From the human T2T-CHM13v2.0 reference genome, Homo sapiens: 64,000 nt of DNA. The stretch is taken from NCBI RefSeq assembly GCF_009914755.1, contig NC_060937.1, one strand, 5' to 3'. Of the stretch, positions 27,008 through 40,393 are shown one piece after another (the first letter of the stretch is position 1; the number at the start of each line of letters is the position of its first letter). Both the position numbers and the translations under genes were made by a program. The notes beneath the pieces are model-generated. The model did not search any database, was not told the origin of the DNA, and saw nothing but the letters and a program-made list of their open reading frames with translations.

Positions 27008-27370
27008 TAGTGAAGCAAGGCACTGAGAAGGTGACATTTGAGCAAAGATCTGAAGGAGACATGGAGAGAGCCATGTGAGGATTTTGGGGGAAATTGTTCA
27101 AAGCAAAGGGAACCACAAATATGAAAGCCTTGTAATTTGAACTTTTATGTGTTGTTTGCAGACCAGTAAGGAGGTCAGTGTGTGTGAGGCGGAGTGATTG
27201 GTGGGGCAGAGCAGTACAAAATGAAGTCAGGGAGAAAATATGTGTCACGATGTTTAGGCTTTCCAATGTCACTATGAATCCTTTACTCTGAGAGATACGG
27301 GGAACCATTGGAGGGTTTTAAGCAAATAAGTCATGTGACCTGACTTTCATCTTAACAGAACAATTCTATA
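27008..27370 (-). mobile_element. L2 fragment
   Basis: gaaggtgacatttgagcaaagatctgaagga...gggaaccattggagggttttaagca...catgtgacctgacttt. Confidence 0.8.
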
Positions 27371-27752
27371 TTCCGTTATAGTCTAACTAGTTGCTTTCAA
27401 ACTACATGTTGAATAATCAAATTTTTCCTAGAGATAGAAGCTTGCTTTTAAAAATGCAACTTGCATAAATTATTAAATTCTTATGTAGAGTTAATATATG
27501 TGTTGAATTTTCACTTTGCTTGCTTTAGTCTCCAGAATTTTTCTTGCATAAATACAGTATGGTTTAATTATTGTATCTTAAAATATATTTAAAATGTAGT
27601 TGGACAGATTCCTTGTTACTACTTTTTTATCAAAACTTTCCTGCCTCTTTTTGGGTATTTTTGTTTGTATATAACCTTTTTTTTTTTTCTAGACACAGGG
27701 TCTCACTCCGTTGCCTGCAATCAGACTATAGGTGCACGCCATTATGCCTGTC

Positions 27753-27776
27753 TTTTTCTTTCTTTCTTTCTTTCCT

Positions 27777-27847
<71 letters not shown>

Positions 27848-27859
27848 ATCTTTCTTTCT

Positions 27860-27920
<61 letters not shown>
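27753..27920 (+). repeat. (TTTC)n microsatellite, ~168 bp with interruptions
   Basis: direct read; lies where the antisense L1 poly(A) tail is expected. Confidence 0.97.
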
Positions 27921-27924
27921 ATTT

Positions 27925-28255
27925 GCTCTATTACTTTTATTTATTTCTTATTTTTACTTTACTTTAAGTCCTGGGATATATATATATGTGCAGAACGTGC
28001 AGGTTTCTTACATAGGCATACATATGCCGTGGTGGTTTGCTGCACCCATCAACCCGTCATCTAGGTTTTAAGCCCCGCATGGATTAAGTATTTGTCCTAA
28101 TGCTCTCCCTCCCCTTGCTCCCTACTCCCCAACAGGCCCCAGTGTGTGATGTTCCCCTCCCTGTGTCCATGTGTTCTCATTGTTCAACTCCCACTTATAA
28201 GTAAGAACATGTGGTGTTTGGTTTTCTGTTCCTGTGTTAGTTTGCTGAGAATGAT
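27925..28255 (-). mobile_element. L1PA (PA7/8-like) 3' end
   Basis: actttaagtcctgggata...gtgcagaacgtgcaggttt...ggttttaagccccgcat...cattgttcaactcccactta...gtttgctgagaatgat. Confidence 0.93.
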
Positions 28256-31200
28256 ATGCCTGGCTAATTTCTAAATTTTTTGTAGAGATGGGTTCTCACT
28301 ATGTTGTACAGGCTGATCTTCAACTCCTGGCCTCAAGCAATCCTTCTACCTTGGCCTCCCAAAGTCATATAAATTGTAATACGATCAAATTTTAAAAATT
28401 CCATTCACTTTGGGGGTTTGGATAAATTATGCACATTATTTTGAACAGGAATTGAAATATATACTATACCATCTTCCAGTAATGAAGCCTTATTTATTTA
28501 GTAAAGTTTCACAATTTACCACATCTAAATTTTGCACATTTCTTCTTATTTTATAAGTTTATTCTGTGGTTTGAAGATACCTTAATATTTATCTTAACCT
28601 GATTTCAGCATTATAAAAAGTAAGTTGTCTTCCTAATAAGCCTTCCTACAAATGACTTGTGTTTTTCTATACAGGATACAGGACAGGCAACTCTTCATCT
28701 TATTTAACCCAGTTTGTTTGACTCAGCCAAACCCATCTGTCAGGCTACCCCGTTTTCACTATCTTCCAGTTCTCTTCTCCATACTTGAACCTAGTCTTTT
28801 GTTCTCATGGTTTTACCTTTAACTCCTGCTTTCAGAGTGAGCTGATTATCTTTTGCTTGCAATAGATGATTGGAGAAGCAAAGTTCTTTCAGGTCTAGAA
28901 AATAAAGTGACTCTATAAACTTCAGGTACCCACTTCTGCCCATTGATTTAGCAGGATCCTCTGGACAATGCCCACGGCAGTGCCCTTGATGGGCCTCTGG
29001 TATGTTTCTTGGTCTACTCTCCTCAAATCAGCTTCATCTGTTTCTGTCTTGGGATCTGCCAATAGCCTGATGGCCTTGGCCTTTCAAATCTCATTCAATC
29101 TCATTCTGGTTCTCCTCTTGCTCCCTATTCTCTTTTACTATCAAATGATTATATTATACATGTCTTCACATTGCCATCTGCAGTGTAGCTATTGCTTTCG
29201 TTTCTGGAGGCTACTGGATCACCTCATCTCTGCACTTTCTCTTCTGCTACTATATCTTTCTTGAATTTGTTGGTCTAAATAGGTACCTGGTGGAATGCAC
29301 ATGGCCCATATCATGTTTGACCATGTTTGTGAAGTCTTCTTGACCTGCCCAACAGGATGTGGTTCCTCCCTCATTCAGACACTTGTAAATCTCTTTATGT
29401 CTTCCCTGGTAGTCACGGTATTCCCTTCTGTATTATTCAGTAAGTGTTTAATGCCATGTGCCAGTTAATAGACTAGATACTCAGAATACAAAAATGAATA
29501 AGACAGAGTAGCTGCCATCAGTGATACCAGAGTGGGCAGAGAGGCATGTGAAAATAACTGTTAGTATTATATGGAAATAAACATGGCTCAGGGGCGGTAA
29601 TCATAAAGCAATTATAGATTATTTCCCAGAGCCTCTTACAATGAATTCTATAGGGCTATTCCTTCCCCTTTCCCTGGATGAAAACTTAGGCAGGAGCTGT
29701 GACTTTAAAAATTTGTTCTTAGGGCACAAAACTCTCTCTCTCAATTTAATAATTAGAATGTCCTGTCCCATGGGATGTCACAAGGTCAGTCTTGCTGTCC
29801 AGTTGAGGCATCTCCCATAGGTGCTCAGACACATTTCAGGTTGGAAGCCTGAGCCCAAAGGATGGAGAGTAGTTGGCTTCTTCTACTCTGCCAAGCACAT
29901 CTACCCTTCCACATGCTCCTATTAGTGAAATTTTCTTTTCCCTTCAGGGTTAGAGCTGATGGAGACAAGGGTAGGAGGAGAGATAGGTTGGGGCAAGCTG
30001 TATCTTACATGCCTGGTAGTATTGTGGGTTGGGTGGTGCTGTTCTCTGGTCCTGATGTGTGTTTAATCTGGACGTGTTCTCTTACAGGTGCTCTCACGAG
30101 TTCTTTGAGACGTCCACCACCTCTGGCTTCCCAACTTTCCCAGCATCCCCTCCCTTGCCCCAACCAATTTCTGATGATTTCTATTTCTATTTGGGCTGAT
30201 TATTTCCTGCTACCTCAGCCCTAGGAATCTGGTGACAGCTGCCAGTTTATCTCTGGTGAGGTCTATTCCTACTTCAGGTAGTTTTCTGGATCAGGATGTA
30301 AGATGACCAGAAACAACAGCTTTTTCACTTATTAGGCCATATCTGGCCCAGTGGAAACTGTCATGTGTTCATCACCGACATGGCCCTCTCCTTATCTCCA
30401 TCTAAATTCTTTGTCTACATACTGATCCCAATTCAGCAACAACTCTCTTTCCTTCTTCCACAAGGGAATCTGTCAGCCTAGGTTTTGCATTTTAGGTTTT
30501 CCAAGCTAGAATCAAGGCACCAGTCCACAGTGTCCTCCAAACAGCCAAGGACACATATTAAATCCTTGTGGTTGTTCCTTAAAAACCCCCTCTTTTGACT
30601 TGAGGCAGAGAGTGAGGACCACATTGCGCTCCAATAGCTGTCTCCAAAAATCCTCCTCAATCTCCACCCGCTGCCTTTTCTCACCTTTTCCTAACTTTTT
30701 AAAGGAGGGCTACTATCTCAGAAGCTGCAAAATTAATTTTCTGCCATGGGATATTTTTCAAATCTCATTTTGAAATGTAGCATCTATTAGTTTCAGGCCT
30801 CAGCCAAAACAGAGAGAAGATCTTATGTTAATATCCAGTTATAGTGTCACTGTTAAGAACACTAATTAAGGAACTGTTAAGGAATGTTGATTCTCTGGCT
30901 CCTCTTATTCAATAAGAAGATACCCCACCACTTTCCATGGTGGGGAGATGACTTTGGCTACTTTTGCCAGGAAGAGGTAATACATCTTTTCCCATGGTTA
31001 CCCAAGAAGCTCTGGCAGTATCAACTCTAGTGAAACTGGAGACAGCCCGTATCCTTTGACTACATCCATGTACTAGTGGGTCATATTACTCTGCCCAAAC
31101 AGGTTCTAGACTCATTCTTTCCCTCTTGGACATACCTGTGCTTAAAATCCCCTGGGGGAGAGTCTCTTCCATCACAGCACTGGGATATTAAACCATAATG

Positions 31201-34200
31201 GGACGTAGGAAGCCCCACTGTGCACTTTAATTTAGTTGATGCTAGACAGCTCTTTCTAAAAGTAATGCATTTGGCTCTGATCTTTGTACTTAGACTCTTG
31301 GCCTTCTATCCTGAATGTAAAGTATTTTACATTCTGACTTCTATGACTTCCACCCTAAATGGAAGAAATGTTATGTAACTCCCCAAAACTAACCATGCAT
31401 ATTGGCAAAGTGTGGTTTAACTTTTGGTGGGTAAGAAAAATTTTTTTTTTCTGCACAACAATTTAGTATCTCTCACAATGGTTTGAAATAAACAGAAATT
31501 TTGTTCATTTTTTTTTTTTTTTAGTCATAAGTGCTCTTTGAGGAATATATTAAGGGCTAAACTTAATTCAGCACAGTAAAGTGTTGAACTGAATCAGCAT
31601 GTTAAGCACAGTAATGGGAACATCAGTTCTGTAACCAATGAACAAAATGGTAAAACACATGTCAGTTTTGGAGTTTAGCTTGAACAAAAAACATGTGGTA
31701 CAGGAAAACACATCAGGTGGTTGTCCCATAGTGGACTCAATAGAAAAAGAGCACGGAGTACATAATGGACATTGTCAAGTGTTGTTAAACTAGTTTGATT
31801 TGAGATTTTAAGGACCCTCAAGTTCCATGTTAAAAAGTTTTGACTTATTCTCATGGTTAAAGGGGATCTAAGTCTTGGGCAAATTTATGAGAGAAGGTGA
31901 AAGTCTCTAAGAGCAGAGGGATGCACAAGAATGTTATCTTAAGCACAGAGGACCAGAAGTGTTGAATAACTTTGGTCTGGACAATGGGACAAGGAAGAGA
32001 TTTTAGTAATATTTCTTGTTAGCAGCCTCTGTAGCATATCCTTAGGGTTGCAAATGGGCTTACAAACCTTCCTTTTAAAATTTATCCTGAGTGGTTGGTG
32101 AGCATATTAATAATTGTTATCATCTATTAAATTCTATTGTCACATAAATAATTACCAATCCTCACAACAATGCTGCAAGCCAGTCTCATATCTCCTTTAC
32201 ACATTAGGACACAGTTGCTCAGAGAAGTTAAGAAACATGTCCAAGTTTCCAAAAGCATGACTGCAACCTGATATGGTCTAATGATCTTTTTGGGTAGAGT
32301 GTAATGACCAGTTTTGTCCTTGCTACACCCAATACAGAAGTCCCTGAAACCACTGGAAACAGGTTAAACAGTCTGTTCCTTAGACTTCTGATTAAAGGTG
32401 TGGTCAGGGAAGTGAGCTTGCCTTATTACCTGATTTACCCTTAAGCCATATAAAAATACACACTGGAAATTTACACATCTATACACAGATTGTTTCTCAT
32501 GGTGGTGAAAACTGTGCAACTTTGTCAGTAGTCAGGGAGGCTAATGAAAGAGACCCAATGGGGAAACCCATCTTGGGATCAAAACATGATCTCTGGTCAC
32601 ATTCTCTAGTTTTCTGCAAGTTGGTGGTAGAAAGTACCCTCGTGGTGTACCCTTGTGGATGGAGTCAGAGCAGTGAAAGAACCTTTGGTTTTCCACCACC
32701 CTGTGAAAATCATAGCAAATACTGTTTCGTGAATTTTTCTATCTACCCTTTTCCCTAACAGATGACGAACTGTATGTAGAAACTACACCATACTCATCTT
32801 TTTTTTCTTTTTTCTTTTTTTTTTTTTTTGCCAAGGACTGTGCCATAAAAACTGGCACAGAAAAAGGGAGGAAAACAAACTCAAGAATATACTAACCTTA
32901 TCTGGAACCACAATCAGATAGCCACTACTTTTGATATGTCTGATACTCTCTCCCACAACTACTTTACAGTGGGGTGAAAACTATTTGTAATCCATTACTA
33001 ATGGGTTCTTATGCTTCTCCTAGACTTATAACTCCCATGGTCTTGTATATAATATCTATACTTTGTTGTATTTTATTTTTCTGCACATTTTTCTTTCATC
33101 TTCCCCCTTTTAGATCTCATTTTAAAAAGAATGATTTTTAAAACTCTCTTCTCTATTTTTTTTTAAAAAGTATTATCTTAAGACACCCACACACTATTTC
33201 TTACCACATTTCATGAGTTGTTCTGGTAGAAATTATACTTGCTGGGAATGTATTGGCCTTCCCTGCTGGGATGATAAAGTAGTTTTGCACTGACTGTCAT
33301 CAGAGACAAAGGTGAAAGGTTATTCCTGTCCCTCTTTCCCGCAAAACCTTGAGGAGATAAGAATTAAGACTTAAAGAATGTTAAAGTATTTTGGTGTGAT
33401 AAGTGTGGATGCAAGGCATTTAAAAATTAGATATGGCATGGAGTTATTAATCAAAGAAAACCAGTTCTTAGAGAAATAGGGATAAAGTAAGTACTAGGGT
33501 ATATATTTTATTGTAAGGTACATTAATTGCTTTCAACTATGTCAAAGCTATAAATACATTTTAAAAATCAGTTAGAATCTAAGTTTAGAAACAGATACAC
33601 ATTTTCTTCTGTCAAGGTAATGGAATAAGGCTATAGAATGAATAACATCAAAATATGTACAAATTCAGTGGCTCACATAAATCATTTTTTGATCTATGTG
33701 CTTGGTTACAAGACATTCTCCATTTTGGAAGATTGTTGCAATCTTCTCTGTGGGTATGGGGTGGATATTTTTCTTGCACAATAATTCAATATCTCTCACA
33801 ATAGTTTGAAATAAATGGAAACTGTGTTGACATTTTCTTCAGGTAGATGTAAAATTGTTTCTACTCAACATTGCTAGCTTCTGTAAGGGAGATTTCCTTG
33901 GAAATTCTTATCGGAGAGGGCTCCCTTCTGCATTCACAAATAATATCCTCTTCCTCAGGAGCACCTTCAGAAGCACAGCTTAGCCCCCAAACACCAGGGA
34001 TCATCTGAAAGTTCAGCTCAGTCAACCTTAGTAAGGTCAGTCAATTACCGGAGGAGTTTAGGGGAAGGTGGGAGTGGGACTTGCAATTTGACCATAGCCC
34101 TAGAAAGTATGACTCAGTTTCTAGTGGCAACAAGCTCCAGGCTCCTCTGTGGGGCAGCTTCATTATTAAATGTTAAAATAAAAGTGCTTTTCTGTGAAGG

Positions 34201-35569
34201 AGGGCATATTTTCCTTCCCAAATTCTAATTTAATATTCATCTTCAGAGCTCACAGCTTAGCAGAAAATTCAGTCTGAAGATTCTGCACACTTAAGCAGGT
34301 AGTATGTGATTAAGATGATGCCTTGCTTGCAAGACTTTTAAATCCAGTCCTCTTCCTTGCCACATACATGGTTTATGAATCTTGGTGATTGGATCTGTGT
34401 ATTTCCTCTATGTTAATACCACCCACTATTTTCAGTGTTTTCTGTGGATTCACCCTGCAGGGGTGGGAACTGAGAGGGTGAAGCATGTTAATGGTCTGAA
34501 GTTCCCTAGGGCTATAGGGTGATGATGTTAAGATCTTTTCACACCAGCATGGTCTCAGTGTGATGGGGACGCACCTCCTGAGAGGCTGTGTGATGGAAAT
34601 TCAGATCTATGGGTGACTGCACAACAGCATGTGCAGAAAAGGAAGTATGGAAATAATAACTTCAGGGAAGAAGAAAGAGCAAACCAAGGAATAGAAATTT
34701 GAACCAAAGAACCAAAACTGAATAGAAAGGGTAATGAAATAGGGATGGGTCTCAGAGGTTGGGGACCTCTATTACGGTTTCAGTTCTATTAATGAATGCC
34801 GTGTGACTTAGGGCAAGGCACTTAACTTACGTGAGTCTCAGTTTCCCCCCCTGGTTATATACTGGCTACATGATTCATGAAGTATTTTATGATTCTAACC
34901 TCCTAGTGTTCTATTTTCTCTATGCTCATATTTTGATTTTCAATGTGTTGATAGATTTTATTGTAGCAAAACACAAATGTGTCTCAATTCTTTATGACAT
35001 ATTGTAATGATGTAGCAAGAATGTTAAAAAGTGTCCAAAAAAGACATAAAATTCACAATATTTCTCTACCTTAAAAACAAACAATATGCACATGAGTTTC
35101 CAACCTACCAAATTGGAGAAACCAGAGGAAATGTAGACTGCAAACTTCACCGAAGAGTCTTTTCTGAGCAAATCATCTAAGCCAGTTTGAAAATGTCTTC
35201 CAAAAATTCAGACTATATTGTTTTAATACTTGCTATATATTTTCAACGTTTACTTCATGAATATTCTAATGCAAGTAAGATGCTTTCCTTTGATTACTAA
35301 AAATACTAGGAAGACATTAATAGCATAATCCAAAACTTCTGCAAAAATCCCATTTCTATTACATGCTGAGCCATAATTTGGAAAATAGTAAAACACATAC
35401 AAATGTGAATAAGTCCAATGGAATAACCCAAGAGTTTCATGTTAATAAAACAGAAAAATCAATTCATCTAGACAGGGTATAAACTAAAGATACCCACTAC
35501 ATTCCATGCAGATACTCCTTTACAGGGATTTTGAGCTTTTCCTAATTAATGAAACAGTATGCACTAGTG

Positions 35570-35790
35570 GGCAGACCAAGCATTAGATTGGAAGTCAGGG
35601 GAATTGGGGCTGTATTTAGAATTTTTCATTCCTTATTCCATAACTTTCAGTACTCTCAGCCCTTGTGTCTCAGTTTCTACTTCTGTTAAAATGAGGATAA
35701 TGATACTCACCTGACCGATGTGAGATTAAATTATGAACTCTTAAAGAACTAAACCCTATGCATTTCTAGAAAAAATACATGATTATTACT
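35570..35790 (+). mobile_element. MIR relic
   Basis: tgtgtctcagtttctacttctgttaaaatgaggataatgatactcacc...tgtgagattaaat. Confidence 0.65.
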
Positions 35791-35846
35791 ATTTCACTGA
35801 GACTGAGGCTTTTGGCAAAAGTATCATCCATAAGTATGTATAAATC

Positions 35847-36145
35847 TTTTTTTTTTTTTTTTCCCCAAGATAGAGTCTTGCTCTGTCACCCAGGCTGGAG
35901 TGCAGTGACAGGATCTCGGCTCACTGCAAGCTCCGCCTCCTGGGTTCATGCCATTCTCCTACCTCAGCCTCCCGTAGCTGGGATTACAGGCACCCACCTC
36001 CACGCCCGGCTAATTTTTTGTATTTTTAGTAGAGATGGAGTTTCACCGTGTTAGCCAGGATGGTCTGGATCTCCTGACCTTGTGATCCACCTGCCTCGGC
36101 CTCCTGAAGTTCTGAGATTACAGGCATGAGCCACCATGCCCGGCC
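35847..36145 (-). mobile_element. AluY-like, full length
   Basis: gcaagctccgcctcctgggttcatgccattctcc and ttagccaggatggtct diagnostics; degenerate TSD agtatgtataaatc / agtgtgtataagtc. Confidence 0.95.
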
Positions 36146-37624
36146 TAGTGTGTATAAGTCTTATAAGTTCCTTGGAGTCCTTGAAAATTTCCAGGTATAT
36201 CTATGATCTTATAGTGAGTGGACCCACCCTTAATGCCCTCAGCTCATCCAGCTGACCCAGGCCTTTTAATCTTAGAGAGAGGCTGAATGCCAGGTGAAAA
36301 ATCAGGTGTTCTCAATTCCTTAAGACAAACTCAGAAACAAAAAGTCTTGAAGGGGGACGTGAGAGTGTTATTCAGAATGTGATCCTCAGCTACTGTGGTA
36401 TAAGCTTCCTTCTCAAAGAACAAATGTAAAACAGTGTGATGATTTTTGTGCAACACAGGACTCCTCAGGATGGTGAGTCCATTGGCCCACTCTGCTAAGG
36501 TGATCCCTCTGTTACAGTGCAGAACCACATCTTTACCTTGAAGGCAGTCCAGTCTTCCTTTATGGAGTAGTAGAGTCAGAAGCTAAGGCCCAGTTCCTTC
36601 TGGCTGTGCTCAACTTGCTTCTAATTCATGGCTCCCTGACAAAATGACAGACAGATCCAATGGCTCTAAGCCTGGTGGGCAATGGTGGCTTTGGAGGTGA
36701 GAGGAGGGCTTTTCAATGGGAATGTCAGTGAAGGGAGGACATGCGAGAGGGATTTCTGTGCATGTTCTCAGCTTTCATATATACTATGAAGTCCATGAGA
36801 ATTATGGGCATTGTAGTATATTTACACTACGGTATAGAATTACGACAACATTCTCACTTATGCAACATCCCATATCCTATTTGAAAGTGTAAATATGTTT
36901 TTTTTCCCACCCATTATAAGTATGGCCTTTTGGGTAAGTATGAGCTCCTTTAACTGTGAGCTAATAATTTCCACTGTCATGGCCTTGAGATTGGAGGTTT
37001 ATGAAAGTTTCTTTTAACTCATCAAATTTCTCTTGTATGGAGGAGGACAAGTAACTGCATGAATTGATCTTCATAGGGCACATGGTTTTTCTTGTGGGCA
37101 TGTGAAATTCACTTACAACCCCTTAGAACACTTAAATAAGATCAAATGCCTATAGCCAGCCCTACCTGATTTTTTTTTTTTTTACACCATGGAGAATTTG
37201 GCTTCTTGTTAATTGCATCTGCAGTCTCAAAGCTCTTTATGGAATCTTTCATAAGTGATATTAATAGTAATGGTGGTCTTTTATTAATAATGCATAATAA
37301 CAATAGCTGGCGTTAAAACAATATTAGTTAAGCGATTAGAGAAATGGCTAGAGTTGCGGTTAGAAAATAGGCCTGTAGACATCAATACTGCTAAAGTCAT
37401 TTATCATTTCTCTCATAAAACAGAAAGAAGTATAATGGCCGACTAAGCTCTTAATAAAATTCTGCCACAATTGCATAACTGCAGAATGACGTTTTCATTT
37501 GTGGGAGCATCCTTGGTGGTATTGTGTGATGGGGCATCCCCAGGAGAAAGAATAGAAAACATAGGATTATTTGCATAATTTCCCTATACTCCCTGTGATT
37601 TTCTTTCATTCTTCCCCATCTGTA

Positions 37625-37830
37625 GTTACCATCCATAGCAGAAATGCAAGCAGAGTACCTGGTTTCTAGTCCTGGTTCTGTTACACAATGGCAGGTGATT
37701 ACATGACAACATCCCTGAGGCTCAGTTTCTTTCATCTGTGTAATGGGAAGGATTATATCTATTTGATAAATATTTTATTGAGATTGCAAGGTAAAAGTGC
37801 ACCTAATCATGCTTTGTAACATGCTCTAAA
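37625..37830 (+). mobile_element. MIR relic
   Basis: cctggtttctagtcctggttctg...ggctcagtttcttcatctgtgtaatggg. Confidence 0.65.
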
Positions 37831-39335
37831 AGAGGTATAAGCATTTTTCTAATAATTCTCAGCCAAGCCCTGAAGCCAATGCACTTCTTTTCCAGGCTCA
37901 TACCTCTGTTTCCAGCTTCTACTCTCCTATCTCTTCCTACAGTATTTCACAGGCCCTGAGTGCTCAAGTTGTCTTTTTAGGCACAAGAAATCCTCCCATA
38001 CACACACAAAATTAGGACTACCCTCTCCCCAACCACTACTCTTAGCTCACTCTTTCTATCTTCCAAAGGATAACTGAAGATAAACATGATGAACAAATTC
38101 ATCATAAAATGCTGAATGTTGATAGCAGGGTCATTTTACCTCTTCTTTTTTTCTCTCTCTTTCTCTTCTGTCTCTCCTTTCCTTTCTTCTCTTCTTTCTA
38201 AGAGGGTGTGCCACACTGAAATGGATGTGAGGTAATGTATACAACGAAAAGTACAGATAAAAGTACAAATGTGTTAAAACTGTAATATGATTAAAACAAG
38301 GTAGGATGTCACTATTCAAATAACACAAGATGGATGGAGAAATTATAGAAGAAAATCTAAGCTAGGGAAGCAACTGAAATTCATGACATTTCAAAATATT
38401 GAGCTTCCAGGAAGACAAGATGAAAAGGGAAACAGTAAAAAGCGTATTCAGGATAGACAAATTTTCTCTAATGTAATTGTTAGAAAAAATTTTCATATGC
38501 ACATTCTTGGTGCATAAATTAGAAGGCAGGTAATACCATCCATGCAGTCTTTTTTTAAAAGTAGGGATAGCCTTCATATGGGTTTGTTAAAAAATTGTTA
38601 GCACTGATAAAATACAAGCTGACATCACGTTTACAGGGACTCCTAGGTAATTTGCATTTTTAAAGTGAGCTCTGATCTTAATCCTGAGATGACTTACAAA
38701 ATCAGCATCTGTGGTGTTAGGACATGGAGGCTGATTTTGTAAGCAGAGATCTTCATCATCATAATAATTTTATGCACTTGCTGTGGCTTTGCACATGTAT
38801 TTTCTCATCGTGAATGGATTCAGTGTGCCTTCCATGAGTTTTATGTCTCTGTCTGGTTTTTGGAATGGGGACTCAGTAAATGGAGGTAGAGCCTTGGAAA
38901 GAATAGTCCAGAAATCATTTAAACCAAGCTGTAGCTATCATTTTCATGTCCCTTTGAAGGAGAAAGCCTCAGAATTATTTCACATATAGCCTCTCAAAAA
39001 TATTTTAAAGTAAGCTTTATAAATCATTACATGGCTCTTTCCTAGCCCTGGTCCCAAAGGTCTGGTAAGCTTTAAGTCCCTAGTGACACCTGCTGGGCAG
39101 ACCTCGGCTCACTGCTGCAGGCTTTCCATCAGCCTACCTCTTCCTTAGCATGCAAAGCTGCAGGCCACTAGGTAAGGGGCTGGCTGCCGCTTCCACAGCT
39201 TGCAGCCCGTCTGCTCATTGCTCATGCAGGTGACCTCTGTCGGCAGAATCGTGTGCCAGAGTCTCCCCAGTGCTCTCTCGGGGAAATGATTTCCAACCTG
39301 TCCAGGCCCCAAGAAACAAACAGGGATCTATCAAA

Positions 39336-39338
<3 letters not shown>

Positions 39339-39392
<54 letters not shown>
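39339..39392 (+). repeat. (GA)27 microsatellite
   Basis: direct read. Confidence 0.98.
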
Positions 39393-39394
<2 letters not shown>

Positions 39395-40017
39395 CCACCT
39401 CTATCCACCCCCAACCCCAGCCCCAATTTACTAAGCTGCTTCTTTGTCTGAAAACTCGGAGGTGAAAGATGCTACTTGAGCCGTATGTTTTGTTCAAGCA
39501 CAAACCAAATTATGCTATACTTGCTTATATCTGAACATATTGGTTTATCTTACATAGAGTTTAATTGATGCAAACTTGAACTTCAGTATGTTAGATTTTC
39601 AGGGAAAACACCATCCCTGTGATTTAGATTGCTATGTTTTTCTTTGAACAAAGCAAAGAGAAGCAAGGCAATTACACCCCTGCTTCGGTTTATTTCCTTC
39701 ATATTCACCAACCATTACAAAAATAGTGTTTAACCTCTTGTAGTATGACCTCTTGTGTCCTCTACTGTCCAATTGCACAATTTCTTTCTGAGCCAACATC
39801 TGCATCCTTGGACAGAGCAACTTGTGTGCAAAGTCCATGTTAGCTGATCAAGCATGGCTTTGTTTGCATTTATTCACTGCTCATCCAGCACTGCGTAAGT
39901 GGTTTTGCATATTAACTAAGTGCACAGTAACCTTCCTTTACCTCCTTAGAGCTCCACCCCCCTCCCACCCGGCCCAGGGAAATCAACACTGTTACTCGCT
40001 GAGGAAGCTGCCAAGGG

Positions 40018-40031
40018 GTTGCCATGGCAAC
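40018..40031. promoter_or_regulatory. perfect palindromic RFX X-box GTTGCCATGGCAAC
   Basis: exact match to the canonical RFX dimer consensus, in repeat-free, locally CpG-richer sequence. Confidence 0.75.
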
Positions 40032-40099
40032 TGTTCTGCTTTCAGCAGCTACTTTTCTGGTTTGAAGGGGGGAAGGAAAAAAAAAACTGGGGAGAACTA

Positions 40100-40393
40100 G
40101 GCGGCTTTCTGATCAGAGTTCAGATAAAAAGGGTCACAGTAATTTGTGGGCACTGACTAAAATAACCCAATGGATTTGAGAGTTACCGCAAAAGAAGCAA
40201 ACAGACAAACTAAAGAGGTAAGTCTAGTGGAAGGCAAATAATTAAATTATTCGGTAGTGGTCTTAAGCTGAAGCATTTCAACTTTATATCAGTCCAGCTC
40301 ATCTAAGATGCTATTTTATGAGTCTTTTCATTTTTGTCCAGAGCCAAACACAGACGATGAGTTTTATGGGATTATAAACGGCAGACAAGCGAG
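40100..40393 (+). other. candidate first exons of a spliced transcript (exon ending 40217, intron 40218-40341, exon 40342-40393)
   Basis: donor GAG|GTAAGT; acceptor cttttcatttttgtccAG; second donor GAG|GTAACG; start site not determinable. Confidence 0.4.

Larger units (their letters stand above)
27677..28365 (-). mobile_element. AluJ (internally deleted) interrupted by L1PA
   Basis: agacacagggtctcactccgttgcc...gactataggtgcacgccattatgcctg, then the insertion, then atgcctggctaatttctaaattttttgtagagatggg...cctcaagcaatcct...ttggcctcccaaagt. Confidence 0.85.

Noticed and set aside
27571-28071. ORFs of 77-166 aa rich in F/L/S or K/E/R
   Set aside because: Translations of the (TTTC)n repeat and flanking Alu/L1.
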